The notes beneath the pieces were generated by a model. That model saw only the letters and a list, made by a program, of their open reading frames with translations. It made no database searches and was not told the origin of the DNA. A stretch of DNA of 64,000 bases from an uncultured Candidatus Saccharibacteria bacterium (GTDB taxonomy: Bacteria > Patescibacteriota > Minisyncoccia > Portnoybacterales > UBA2143): contig CAYYLD010000002.1 in NCBI GenBank assembly GCA_964472495.1, forward strand, positions 27,949 through 91,948, read 5' to 3'. The translations under genes were made by a program, and so were the position numbers. Positions 38,301 through 48,174 of the stretch are shown one piece after another. Position 1 is the first letter of the stretch. Each line of letters starts with the position of its first letter.

Positions 38301-38633
38301 TTATTTTTTGCTTTCATCTTTTCTCTGCCAACGATTTTTATCTCTCTTATTAAGCTTTTCTTTCATCATTTTCTTGAAGACTTTATCCAAATCAATGCCC
38401 TTAGAATTAGCTAAACAAATTAGAGGGAAAAGAACATCGATTATTTCGTCGCCTAGATTTTTAGCCCCTTGGCCATATTTTTTCTTTTCGGCTCCATGAA
38501 GATGACTGACTTCCCTGGCTAACTCCCCTACTTCCTGCGTTAAATGAGCCAATATTTCGAACGGCTTAAAATAGCCAATCTTATATCGCTTAACCCAATC
38601 ATCGACCTGTTTTTGAATCTCTTTTAAAGGCAT
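38301..38633 (-). CDS. MazG-like nucleotide pyrophosphohydrolase
   Basis: LTQEVGELAREV...LGDEIIDVLFPLICLANSKGIDLD matches the MazG/NTP-PPase EExxE...D pattern. Confidence 0.7.
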   Translation of the reverse strand: MPLKEIQKQVDDWVKRYKIGYFKPFEILAHLTQEVGELAREVSHLHGAEKKKYGQGAKNLGDEIIDVLFPLICLANSKGIDLDKVFKKMMKEKLNKRDKNRWQRKDESKK

Positions 38634-38638
38634 GATTT

Positions 38639-39097
38639 TTATCGATGACGATTATAAACCATATTTTCTGAATAATTTTTCAGAATTTTAGCACTGGTGA
38701 AATACATCTTTTCCGGCAATTTGTCCAGAGCAAACCAACGCCACTCGGTTATTTCATCGGGTTCCATTACTTTCGGTTTACCTTCAAATTCTTCGGATAA
38801 AAACCCAACAGTCACAAAATGGGCGTCGCTAACCCGCTCGTTGGTTAAGCTGATAAATTTTAATTTATCCTGATTGATTTTGATGTTGGTCTCTTCTATC
38901 ACTTCTCGGGCGGCCGCTTCTTCAAGGGTCTCGCCAAAATCAATTTTGCCCCCCGGCATAGTCCAAGTGCCTTCACCGTGAAGCGCCGAATCGGCTTTTT
39001 TGGGGTCATCGTGCCGCTTACCCAAAAGAACTTTGTTGTCTTTTAAAATCATAACGCCAACGCCGGCCTTAACGCCAATTTTTTTGTCTTGAGACAT
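38639..39097 (-). CDS. NUDIX hydrolase
   Basis: Canonical Nudix box: MPGGKIDFGETLEEAAAREVIEETNI. Confidence 0.8.
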   Translation of the reverse strand: MSQDKKIGVKAGVGVMILKDNKVLLGKRHDDPKKADSALHGEGTWTMPGGKIDFGETLEEAAAREVIEETNIKINQDKLKFISLTNERVSDAHFVTVGFLSEEFEGKPKVMEPDEITEWRWFALDKLPEKMYFTSAKILKNYSENMVYNRHR

Positions 39098-39159
39098 ACA
39101 TTCGCAATTTTAATTTAAAAATTTGATTTAAAAAAGTGAATTATTCCGAAATCGCAAAC

Positions 39160-39247
39160 TGGCGGAGAGGGCGGGATTCGAACCCGCGATACCTTGCGGT
39201 ATACCTGTTCTCCAAACAGGCGCACTAGGCCACTATGCGACCTCTCC
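39160..39247 (-). tRNA. tRNA-Ser (anticodon GGA), class II with a long variable arm and encoded CCA
   Basis: Minus-strand fold: acceptor GGAGAGG/CCTCTCC, anticodon arm CCTGT-TTGGAGA-ACAGG, 16-nt variable arm, T-arm GCGGG-TTCGAAT-CCCGC, discriminator G, then CCA. Confidence 0.85.
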
Positions 39248-39336
39248 CTTTAAATCCATTTAAGGTTTGCTATTGATATTCCACGATCTTGCGAAGCAAG
39301 GTCATCGTATTAGAAAGGGTGAATCTTAAATGGATT

Positions 39337-39603
39337 CTATTTAAAATATTCAGCCAACTTATTTCTTATTTTCTCTACCTCAAAAGTATCCAAAGGATCG
39401 TCCGGCTTATGCTTTAAACGCCTGATTTCCTTTTCCAGTTCAAACTTACTCAAGCCATCTTTTAAGGCGTTCTGGAAAACATCTTCAACATAAGCCCGTT
39501 CTTTGTCGGATAATTCAGGGATTTGACGTAAGGCCTTTTCAAAATCATCCCGATATATTTTTTTGCTTGAACCAAAAAATGCGTCAAAAATACTCATAGA
39601 CAT
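39337..39603 (-). CDS. Hypothetical protein, 88 aa
   Basis: ORF only. Confidence 0.35.
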   Translation of the reverse strand: MSMSIFDAFFGSSKKIYRDDFEKALRQIPELSDKERAYVEDVFQNALKDGLSKFELEKEIRRLKHKPDDPLDTFEVEKIRNKLAEYFK

Positions 39604-39611
39604 TTAAAAAA

Positions 39612-39974
39612 TTATTTTTCAGTTCTTTTTAATTCCTTCTTTCCCCATAAAATAGTTAATCTATTGCCCAAAAATGCCGCAAAATTATCTCTGGCTGGCT
39701 CGTTAGCAGAATAAGCTAATCTTTTGTATTTTGTAAAATCATGAATATCTTTTTTGGTGATATCATCTGCGGTTAGTTTTTTATAATTTTGCCAAGCCCT
39801 CATATCATCTTCAGTCAATTTTTTTACTTCAGTGTTAGTTAAATTAGGATTAGCTTTTTTCCCTTTTTCTTCTATTTCTTCGTTTCTTAAATTTTCTATC
39901 TCTTGCTGGAAACCCTCCAAAGATTCCTGTTCTTGTTCCGGCTCTTTTTCGAATATGTTCATAATTAAAATCAT
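39612..39974 (-). CDS. Hypothetical acidic protein, 120 aa
   Basis: ORF only. Its stop overlaps the downstream SGNH gene start. Confidence 0.35.
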   Translation of the reverse strand: MILIMNIFEKEPEQEQESLEGFQQEIENLRNEEIEEKGKKANPNLTNTEVKKLTEDDMRAWQNYKKLTADDITKKDIHDFTKYKRLAYSANEPARDNFAAFLGNRLTILWGKKELKRTEK

Positions 39975-40615
39975 TTTTCGACCAACTTATTCTTCAACAA
40001 AAAATCATTGACTCTTTCAAATATTTTCTGGTGGCCTTGAGGGTTGGGATGGAGGCCATCTTCTAAATCTTCCTTATTTAATAAATCTAACATACTAATA
40101 AACATTACTTTATTTTTTTGGCTAACTTTTTCTATAACTGAATTGTATTTTTCGATATCCTCGTTGGTGTTGTAAAATTTTTGATTCCACCACTGGGGTA
40201 CGGTCCTGCTCTCATCAACCTTGAACAGCCCAATGAATATAATTTTATCGGTATATTTCCCCGCTTTTTTAATCAGTTTTTCCAAATTCTTTTCAAAACT
40301 GTCTATATCTGTGTCTGGATTATCCTTTGTTTCAGTATATTGAGCGTCATTAACACCAATAGCAAAAATCAAAATGTCGAGATTTTTTCTTTTTCTTAAG
40401 TCACCTACTACAAATTCTTTCCCTTGCTCAAATTTATCCAATAACTTTCCGGTATTAAAACCTCCGGTGGCTAAATTGCTGACATAAATACGAATATTCC
40501 GACGATTTTCTTTTTTATGGAAATATTGCTTTAGTCGGTCAGCCCAACCGCCTTTTTCCGGGTCCCAACAGCCCCAAGCAACACTGTCTCCAAAAATTAA
40601 TATATTAATAAACAT
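39971..40615 (-). CDS. SGNH/GDSL hydrolase
   Basis: Block I ILIFGDSVAWG and block V DGLHPNPQGH. Tandem paralog of 40628-41263. Confidence 0.75.
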   Translation of the reverse strand: MFINILIFGDSVAWGCWDPEKGGWADRLKQYFHKKENRRNIRIYVSNLATGGFNTGKLLDKFEQGKEFVVGDLRKRKNLDILIFAIGVNDAQYTETKDNPDTDIDSFEKNLEKLIKKAGKYTDKIIFIGLFKVDESRTVPQWWNQKFYNTNEDIEKYNSVIEKVSQKNKVMFISMLDLLNKEDLEDGLHPNPQGHQKIFERVNDFLLKNKLVEK

Positions 40616-40627
40616 AAAGATTAATTA

Positions 40628-41263
40628 TTATTCCTCGACCAATTTATTCTTCAACAAAAAATCTCTGACTCTTTCAAAAATCTTCTGATGGCCCTGGGAA
40701 TTGGGGTGTAATCCATCCTCTAAATCACTTTTATCAAGTAAATCAAATATATCTATGAATAATAATTTATGTTCCTGGCAAACTGATTTTATTATCTGGT
40801 TGTATTTCTGAATGTTCTTATTAGTATAGTGTAAGCCACTATCCCAGGAAACTGGCGTTGTTTTTGATTCTTCCACTTTTAACCCTCCACTAAAAATAAC
40901 TTTTTTTGTAAATTTCTCGGCTTGTTTTATTAATTCTTTTAAATTATTCTTGAATTTTTCTAAGCTAATCTGCGGACCATCTTTTGATTTTACATACATA
41001 GAGTCATTAGTCCCTATCGAAAATATTATAATAATGTCATCATACCAACCCTTCTTTATTCTTTGTCTTGTTTCAAATTTAAATCTTTTCAATAAATCGC
41101 TTGTATTATCTCCGTCAACTCCGAGATTATATACACTGATATAGCCATCATCAACTTCATTAGCTTCAAAATGCCTTCTTAATCTCTGGACCCAGCCTCC
41201 TCTTTCTGTATCCCAAGCTCCCCATGTTGTACTTGCCCCGAAAACACAAATTACTTTGTCCAT
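40628..41263 (-). CDS. SGNH/GDSL hydrolase (paralog)
   Basis: ICVFGASTTWG and DGLHPNSQGHQKIFERVRDFLLKNKLVE. The C-terminus is near-identical to its neighbour. Confidence 0.75.
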   Translation of the reverse strand: MDKVICVFGASTTWGAWDTERGGWVQRLRRHFEANEVDDGYISVYNLGVDGDNTSDLLKRFKFETRQRIKKGWYDDIIIIFSIGTNDSMYVKSKDGPQISLEKFKNNLKELIKQAEKFTKKVIFSGGLKVEESKTTPVSWDSGLHYTNKNIQKYNQIIKSVCQEHKLLFIDIFDLLDKSDLEDGLHPNSQGHQKIFERVRDFLLKNKLVEE

Positions 41264-41267
41264 ATTT

Positions 41268-42161
41268 TTAAATCTCCATCTCCCGCAGATTTCTTATTCT
41301 TTCTTCAACCGGCGGATGGGTCATAAACCATTTAGCCACTTTCCGACCTTTAAAAGGATTGGCAATATACATATGAGCCATCGCTTTGTTGGCCACCCGC
41401 AAAGGTGTCCGGTCAGTTGATATTTTTTCCAAGGCCTTGGCCAGGCCTTCCGGATAACGGGTCAGCAAAGCGCCGTCGGCGTCAGCCAAGAATTCTCTTT
41501 TGCGGGAAATAGTCATTTGAATTAAAAAAGCAAAAAAGGGAGATAAAATAGCCAAGCCGATACCAATTAAGAGCATAATGGCTGCTAATTGGCCGCCTTC
41601 CCGGTTATCTCTTCGGCGACCGCCTAACCAGGTCCAGCGCAAGAACCAATCGGAGATTAAAACAACTAAACCGACCAGAATAACAACAACCGTCTGTAAA
41701 AGAATGTCCCGATTGCCAATATGGCTTAATTCATGAGCTAAAACGCCTTCTAATTCTGTCTGCTCTAATTTTTCTAAAAGTCCTCTGGTCACGGCCACGA
41801 CTGCGTGCTCCGGGTTACGGCCGGTGGCGAAAGCATTGGGAGCCATCTCATCAATAATATAGACTTTGGGCAGAGACAGACCAGCCGTAATACAAAGATT
41901 CTCTACCAACCGATATAACTCCGGATTGTCTTCTTTTTTAATCTCTTGGGCCCGGCTCATCTTTAAGATAATTTTGTCCGAATACCAATAAGAAGTAAAA
42001 CTCATTGCCGCGCTAAAAACTACAGCCACGACTAAAATAATTGGGCTGTTGAACTGATAAGAAAAAACCCAGCCCAAACCGATAATAAAAAGCAGAAAAA
42101 AAATAATTAAAAACCAAGTCCGCCGGATATTACTATCTTTGTGAGTGTATAAAGTGGCCAT
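41268..42161 (-). CDS. htpX: Heat-shock zinc metalloprotease HtpX (M48)
   Basis: HELSHIGNRD HExxH motif, N-terminal TMs and M48 architecture. Confidence 0.9.
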   Translation of the reverse strand: MATLYTHKDSNIRRTWFLIIFFLLFIIGLGWVFSYQFNSPIILVVAVVFSAAMSFTSYWYSDKIILKMSRAQEIKKEDNPELYRLVENLCITAGLSLPKVYIIDEMAPNAFATGRNPEHAVVAVTRGLLEKLEQTELEGVLAHELSHIGNRDILLQTVVVILVGLVVLISDWFLRWTWLGGRRRDNREGGQLAAIMLLIGIGLAILSPFFAFLIQMTISRKREFLADADGALLTRYPEGLAKALEKISTDRTPLRVANKAMAHMYIANPFKGRKVAKWFMTHPPVEERIRNLREMEI

Positions 42162-42185
42162 CTCTTAAGGGGTCGCCCTTTTGGA

Positions 42186-42204
42186 CAGTCGCCTTAGGCG
42201 ACTG
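42186..42204 (-). promoter_or_regulatory. Inverted repeat CAGTCGCC-taa-GGCGACTG, 28 nt upstream of the htpX start. It is a candidate heat-shock operator.
   Basis: Same palindrome core as 1192-1208 upstream of hsp20, at matching distance from the start codon. Confidence 0.4.
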
Positions 42205-42251
42205 ATCCTCAATGGCAACCCTTTATAGTTCCAAGGGCGTCCCTTAAAAAT

Positions 42252-42809
42252 TTAGAAACTGACTTTAACTGGTTTTCGGGCAGCCGCTTCTTCTATTTCA
42301 AAAAAATCCCGCTTCTTAAAACTAAACATGCCGGCGACTAAATTATTAGGGAACTTCTGGATTTTAATATTAAAGTCCCTGACATTGCCGTTGAAAAAGC
42401 GGCGGGCGGCCTGAATTTTATTCTCGGTGTCAGATAATTCCCGCTGCAATTCCAGGAAATTCTGATTAGCTTTTAGGTCCGGATAATTTTCAGCCACCGC
42501 AAACAATGACTTCAAGGCGCCAGCCAGCATATTTTCCGCTTGGCCGTGTTCCTCAACCGTTTGAGCTCCCATGGCGGCGGTTCGCGCTTGAGTCACTTTC
42601 TCAAAAAGCTCTCTTTCGTGCCGAGCATATCCTTTGACTGTCCCGACTAAATTAGGAATCAGGTTATAACGCCTCTTCAGTTGAACATCGATGTCCGACC
42701 AGGCCTCATCAGTCCTGTTTCTTAATCTAACTAGGCCATTGTAGATAGCGATTAACCAAAAGAGAATAATCGCGGCAACAATAATAGTTGCCCATAAGGT
42801 TGTGCTCAT
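42252..42809 (-). CDS. lemA: LemA family protein
   Basis: N-terminal TM followed by the LemA domain (IAIYNGLVRLRN...RRYNLIPNLV...AENYPDLKANQNF). I place the start at the ATG with a good RBS (AAAGGAGACC). The ORF-track start at 42914 is upstream. Confidence 0.8.
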   Translation of the reverse strand: MSTTLWATIIVAAIILFWLIAIYNGLVRLRNRTDEAWSDIDVQLKRRYNLIPNLVGTVKGYARHERELFEKVTQARTAAMGAQTVEEHGQAENMLAGALKSLFAVAENYPDLKANQNFLELQRELSDTENKIQAARRFFNGNVRDFNIKIQKFPNNLVAGMFSFKKRDFFEIEEAAARKPVKVSF

Positions 42810-42926
42810 ATTTAAGGTCTCCTTTCTGTCTATATTATAGTATATCTCCAAATTTATGCAATCGTTGACAGAATTTATTCCATTACCTAAAATTGAAAGA
42901 AATAGTTCTTTCAAAGGGGGTAAAAA

Positions 42927-43097
42927 ATGAAAACATCAACTAGATGGATTATTGTCTGCTTTGTGATACTAATTACGGGATGCTTAATCGGAGGAATGCA
43001 TTTAGACTTAATCTCTGTTATTCCAAAAAAATGGGCTTCTGATATTGGAACTATTGGAGTATTCGTAGCCATCATTTTCGCCTGGCCTAGCTCCTAA
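42927..43097 (+). CDS. Small hypothetical membrane protein, 56 aa, not in the ORF track
   Basis: The ATG at 42927 is preceded by AAAGGGGGTAAAAA. Translation: MKTSTRWIIVCFVILITGCLIGGMHLDLISVIPKKWASDIGTIGVFVAIIFAWPSS, with two hydrophobic segments. Confidence 0.3.
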   Translation: MKTSTRWIIVCFVILITGCLIGGMHLDLISVIPKKWASDIGTIGVFVAIIFAWPSS

Positions 43098-43159
43098 GGA
43101 TAAAGGCGATTAAAAAACAGCCGCTTTAAACAAAACGGCTGTCTTTTTTTGAAAGTATT

Positions 43160-44803
<1,644 letters not shown>

Positions 44804-44860
44804 TCACAGCCGGAAAAGAACCTGCTTTGCCATCAAAACAGATTCTCTCAGCCATAACTT

Positions 44861-45139
44861 TTATTTCTCCAAAATTGCCAAAATATCCTCCTCTCTGGCA
44901 ATCAAATATTCTTTATTATCTATTTTAATTTCATTAGGTCCGTATTTGGTAAATAAAACAATATCGCCCTTCTTAACATTAATCGGTTTATTGGGACGGC
45001 CCGGACCGACGGCCACCACTTTGCCCTGTTCGGGCTTTTCTTTTTCAGCCGTCTCCGGCAAAACAATACCCGATTTAGTTTTTTCTTCTGTGGAAATTGG
45101 TTCAATGAGAACCCGGTCAGCTAAAGGTTTAATGTTCAT
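44861..45139 (-). CDS. groS: Co-chaperonin GroES
   Basis: 92 aa: MNIKPLADRVLIEP...KTKSGIVLP mobile loop. Confidence 0.95.
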   Translation of the reverse strand: MNIKPLADRVLIEPISTEEKTKSGIVLPETAEKEKPEQGKVVAVGPGRPNKPINVKKGDIVLFTKYGPNEIKIDNKEYLIAREEDILAILEK

Positions 45140-45219
45140 ATTTGCTTAATCAAACAGCGAACAACAAACAGCGAACAATAGAAATTGTTCACTGATAGCT
45201 ATCCTCTGTTCTATAAACT

Positions 45220-45248
45220 ATTCTAATCCCGAATCTCTCTATTGTCAA
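45220..45248 (-). promoter_or_regulatory. Sigma70-like promoter of groES-groEL, TTGACA-N17-TAGAAT. A GAACAA-repeat leader lies at 45152-45189.
   Basis: Minus-strand hexamers read directly from the sequence. The 5'UTR carries two direct AACAGCGAACAA repeats and a GAACAAT-agaa-ATTGTTC palindrome. Confidence 0.45.
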
Positions 45249-45266
45249 GTCAGTTAGCGGCTTAGC

Positions 45267-45322
45267 GGGGCGTCCCTTTTTTATACGCCTTTTGCAAAGG
45301 GCGTATAAAAAAGGGACGCCCC
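45267..45322 (-). terminator. Long nested palindrome GGGGCGTCCCTTTTTT-ATACGCC...GGCGTAT-AAAAAAGGGACGCCCC. It terminates the 45333 gene.
   Basis: Seen in the sequence. It is the largest member of the GGGCGTCCC motif family. Confidence 0.5.
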
Positions 45323-45332
45323 GGGAGTAACG

Positions 45333-46373
45333 CTATACCCTCAAACCCGAGTCCTTTTCCTGAGCCATCCCAGCTAAACCCAACTCTTCCATTCGCCGGT
45401 TATACTTTTCTAAAATCCCCTTTTCCGGCGAGTCCGGATGGAATTCTAATTGATTATCGTCAAAGACAACCCGGCCGCCGGTCTGATAAGTTAAAGGGTC
45501 TTTTTTAATCCGTCTGAATTGAATCTTTTTGAGAATAAATTCCAAAGCATCACCTATTTGAGTATCCAAAATAGATTCTCTCAATTTCCTAATTGAATTG
45601 AATAAACGATTAGTTCCAACTTCTCTTAAATAACCCCTCCGGCTCTGAGGATAAAAAGTTAAATATTCGGTCAACCATTGATTAGTTCTCTGGAATTTCT
45701 TATACAACCCGGTCTCGGCCTGCCAAACCGGAATCAGATGAGCATAGGTCTGAGCATTGTATAAACTGGGCAAAGGGATTTTTAAGGACTGGTTGGTTAT
45801 ATAATGATTAAGACAAAATCTGTTTTTAGTCAACTGGCCGTGCCGCCGCTGGCCAAGCAAATGAACAAACAAGGTCGTTAATGCCCGACAAGTCCAAATG
45901 CGGCCAGCTTTGGTCACAATTAACAAATCAATATCTGATTCTTTTCTGGGATTATTCATGGCCAAGGAGCCGCTGACCATAATCAGGCGGATATAAGGAA
46001 TGGTCTGAAGTAATTTTGTTATCCGGCTGATTTTTTTCCAGCGCTGGTCAGCCAATTTCTGTTTTTTAATTCTTTGTTTAACTAAGCTGGTTCGGCCTTT
46101 TAAAAAATAAAAGCCGTTCTTTTGACCGATTAATTCAGTCAAAGCCGGACTATTGTCTAAAACTTCTAAAATGTGTTCAAAATCCAAGGATTGCCATTGA
46201 GGATCACGTCCCTCGCCTTTGGCGAGGGCGTATCCGAAAGGGCGATTCTTGGATTTTGATGACCTCGGCTCTAAACGTATCAAATACCTAAAAACTTCCC
46301 AGCCAGTCAGCGGCCGCTCCAAGACATCGTAATAAACCAGCGTAGCCAAAATTGCCTTTTCTAAATCAGTCAT
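45333..46373 (-). CDS. Nucleotidyltransferase-fold domain protein
   Basis: GSLAMNNPRKESDIDLLIV matches the Pol-beta-like NTase GS...DxD motif. Confidence 0.5.
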   Translation of the reverse strand: MTDLEKAILATLVYYDVLERPLTGWEVFRYLIRLEPRSSKSKNRPFGYALAKGEGRDPQWQSLDFEHILEVLDNSPALTELIGQKNGFYFLKGRTSLVKQRIKKQKLADQRWKKISRITKLLQTIPYIRLIMVSGSLAMNNPRKESDIDLLIVTKAGRIWTCRALTTLFVHLLGQRRHGQLTKNRFCLNHYITNQSLKIPLPSLYNAQTYAHLIPVWQAETGLYKKFQRTNQWLTEYLTFYPQSRRGYLREVGTNRLFNSIRKLRESILDTQIGDALEFILKKIQFRRIKKDPLTYQTGGRVVFDDNQLEFHPDSPEKGILEKYNRRMEELGLAGMAQEKDSGLRV

Positions 46374-46375
46374 AA

Positions 46376-46510
46376 TTTATAAGGGCGTGCATCGAGACTC
46401 CACATAGAGGGTTGCCCTCGAGATTCCACGCCCTTTGCGAAGCAAAGGACGTGGTCGAGAGGGCGACCCTTTAAGCAAGTCGTGGTCGAGAAGCATGCCC
46501 TTAAGGCGAA
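46376..46510. repeat. Left terminal inverted repeat (~135 bp) of a 2.8-kb IR-bounded cassette
   Basis: Its reverse complement aligns at about 95% identity with 49055-49188. It is made of AGGG-N3-CCCT mini-palindromes plus direct sub-repeats TCGAGAYTCCAC x2 and GTGGTCGAGA x2. Confidence 0.7.
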
Positions 46511-46605
46511 AATCTATCCGAAAGGGCGACCCTTGACGAATCTACTTCTATCATACTCCGTTCCCCTCAAAGAAAAAAGAGGTGTCCGGATTACATCCAA
46601 ACACC

Positions 46606-48174
46606 TCATATCAATTCTTGCAGGTATTCATTAGTCGAAAGTTCTTCCAGCGCCGAATTCAACAAGAAGCTAATTTCTCCTTCAGGTTTTCCCAAAACAG
46701 CGGATATTCCAGCTAAAGAATACTCATCAAAAATGACCATTTTAACAATCAGTTTTTCAACATCGCTTAAGCCATTTAAGGCATTATCAATAATCTGCTG
46801 TTTTTCCCGAAGAAGAGCTATTGCTTCCGGGGTCTTGGTACTGCCTATCTGAAGCCAGCCTCGTCGACTTTCAGAAATTACTTCTATACCCCTACTCACC
46901 AATTCATCCAATAGTTTAAGATTGCGGCTGTTAGAACATCGGGCAAGAGTATCTGATTTTCTTTCGGCAAACTCGGACTCTCTATGAATTCTCTCCATCT
47001 GAGCGATTAAACGACTATGAGCTATGCGCAATTTTCTTTTAGACAGCTCGATGACATCTTCAGGAGCTTTCTCTAATCCGTTAATAGAGAATGGGCCACG
47101 AGGAGGACTATAAAGACGTTGAAGAGTCCCCCAATCCAGACCAGGGTGTCTAACAGATAGTGCCTCAATCACATGGGACAAAGTTATCCCTTCAGCCAGA
47201 AGGTCAATAGCTTTTAAACGATCTCCTAATGAGATTCTGATTGGTTGTTGTCTTTTTAACCGCCAGCGAATACCAAACGGACTCTCCAATCTTTCAAATA
47301 GTATTCCTTTGTTCCTGCGCAGATGCTGGGCAATATTTTCCTGAATCGAGGATTGAGTTGCCGAAGGAGACAAAGCGTACCCCGAGCCTGGGTGCATCAC
47401 TAACTTAGCTAAATCAGCAACTGACCAACCTCTCTTTTTCCCAAAATAGGACATTAACATGAACAGCTTTTCTGTTTGTGGTTTAGTTCGAACGGGTGGC
47501 GAAGTCACTCCAGATATAACTTCCCATTTTGTTAAAAGAGAATCATCATCGCATTTTTTAAAAAGACGCCGATGTCTCTTTTTCCTACTTCCGTCACGCA
47601 AGGCGCTGTTAACCGCTTTTCTGAGAGCAAGATGATTAGGATGCATGCCGTGATAATCCGGATGTTTCTTAACAGTGAAAACCAGTTCTCTCTGTTCCAG
47701 TGGCCCTTGCTTCGAGAGAATCTCAACCATTAAGCTCCGTAGGCTGCATTCGCCCCGTAATCGTCTTTGACCCTTTTTGGCAATAGGACCAAAGGATTTT
47801 TTTCTCAAGGTCATTGTTTGCCGGAATTCCGGGTCGGGGATAGTACCTGGAACAAACCACTCTTTTTTCCAAACGTCAAATACTTTCCCCGGATAACGAC
47901 GCTTGAAATAAAACAATCTCTCCCATAAATGGTTAGCCAGCTTTTCTCCAGTCGCACCTTTAGTCTCATACGGATATTCAAGAATCAATAGAGATAGTTC
48001 GTAAGCTGTCCAGCTTCTCTCCGATAGAATCTTAATAAGAATGATGGTATTTCTGTTGGTGGTATCAATGACATCTTTTAAGCTGGCGATGACTTCATTT
48101 GCCGAACGAGGAACAACAATTAATGGCTTGTTCTTTTTCCCTTTTTCTTTCTTTTCTTCTTTTTTCCCTTCCAA
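46606..48174 (-). CDS. Hypothetical 522-aa protein with a C-terminal sigma-70 region-4-like HTH and a lysine-rich N-terminus. It is cargo of the IR-bounded cassette.
   Basis: C-terminal LSDVEKLIVKMVIFDEYSLAGISAVLGKPEGEISFLLNSALEEL resembles sigma r4 / LuxR-type HTH. GC content and codon usage are higher than the surroundings. A terminator hairpin lies at 46579-46607. Confidence 0.55.
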   Translation of the reverse strand: MEGKKEEKKEKGKKNKPLIVVPRSANEVIASLKDVIDTTNRNTIILIKILSERSWTAYELSLLILEYPYETKGATGEKLANHLWERLFYFKRRYPGKVFDVWKKEWFVPGTIPDPEFRQTMTLRKKSFGPIAKKGQRRLRGECSLRSLMVEILSKQGPLEQRELVFTVKKHPDYHGMHPNHLALRKAVNSALRDGSRKKRHRRLFKKCDDDSLLTKWEVISGVTSPPVRTKPQTEKLFMLMSYFGKKRGWSVADLAKLVMHPGSGYALSPSATQSSIQENIAQHLRRNKGILFERLESPFGIRWRLKRQQPIRISLGDRLKAIDLLAEGITLSHVIEALSVRHPGLDWGTLQRLYSPPRGPFSINGLEKAPEDVIELSKRKLRIAHSRLIAQMERIHRESEFAERKSDTLARCSNSRNLKLLDELVSRGIEVISESRRGWLQIGSTKTPEAIALLREKQQIIDNALNGLSDVEKLIVKMVIFDEYSLAGISAVLGKPEGEISFLLNSALEELSTNEYLQELI

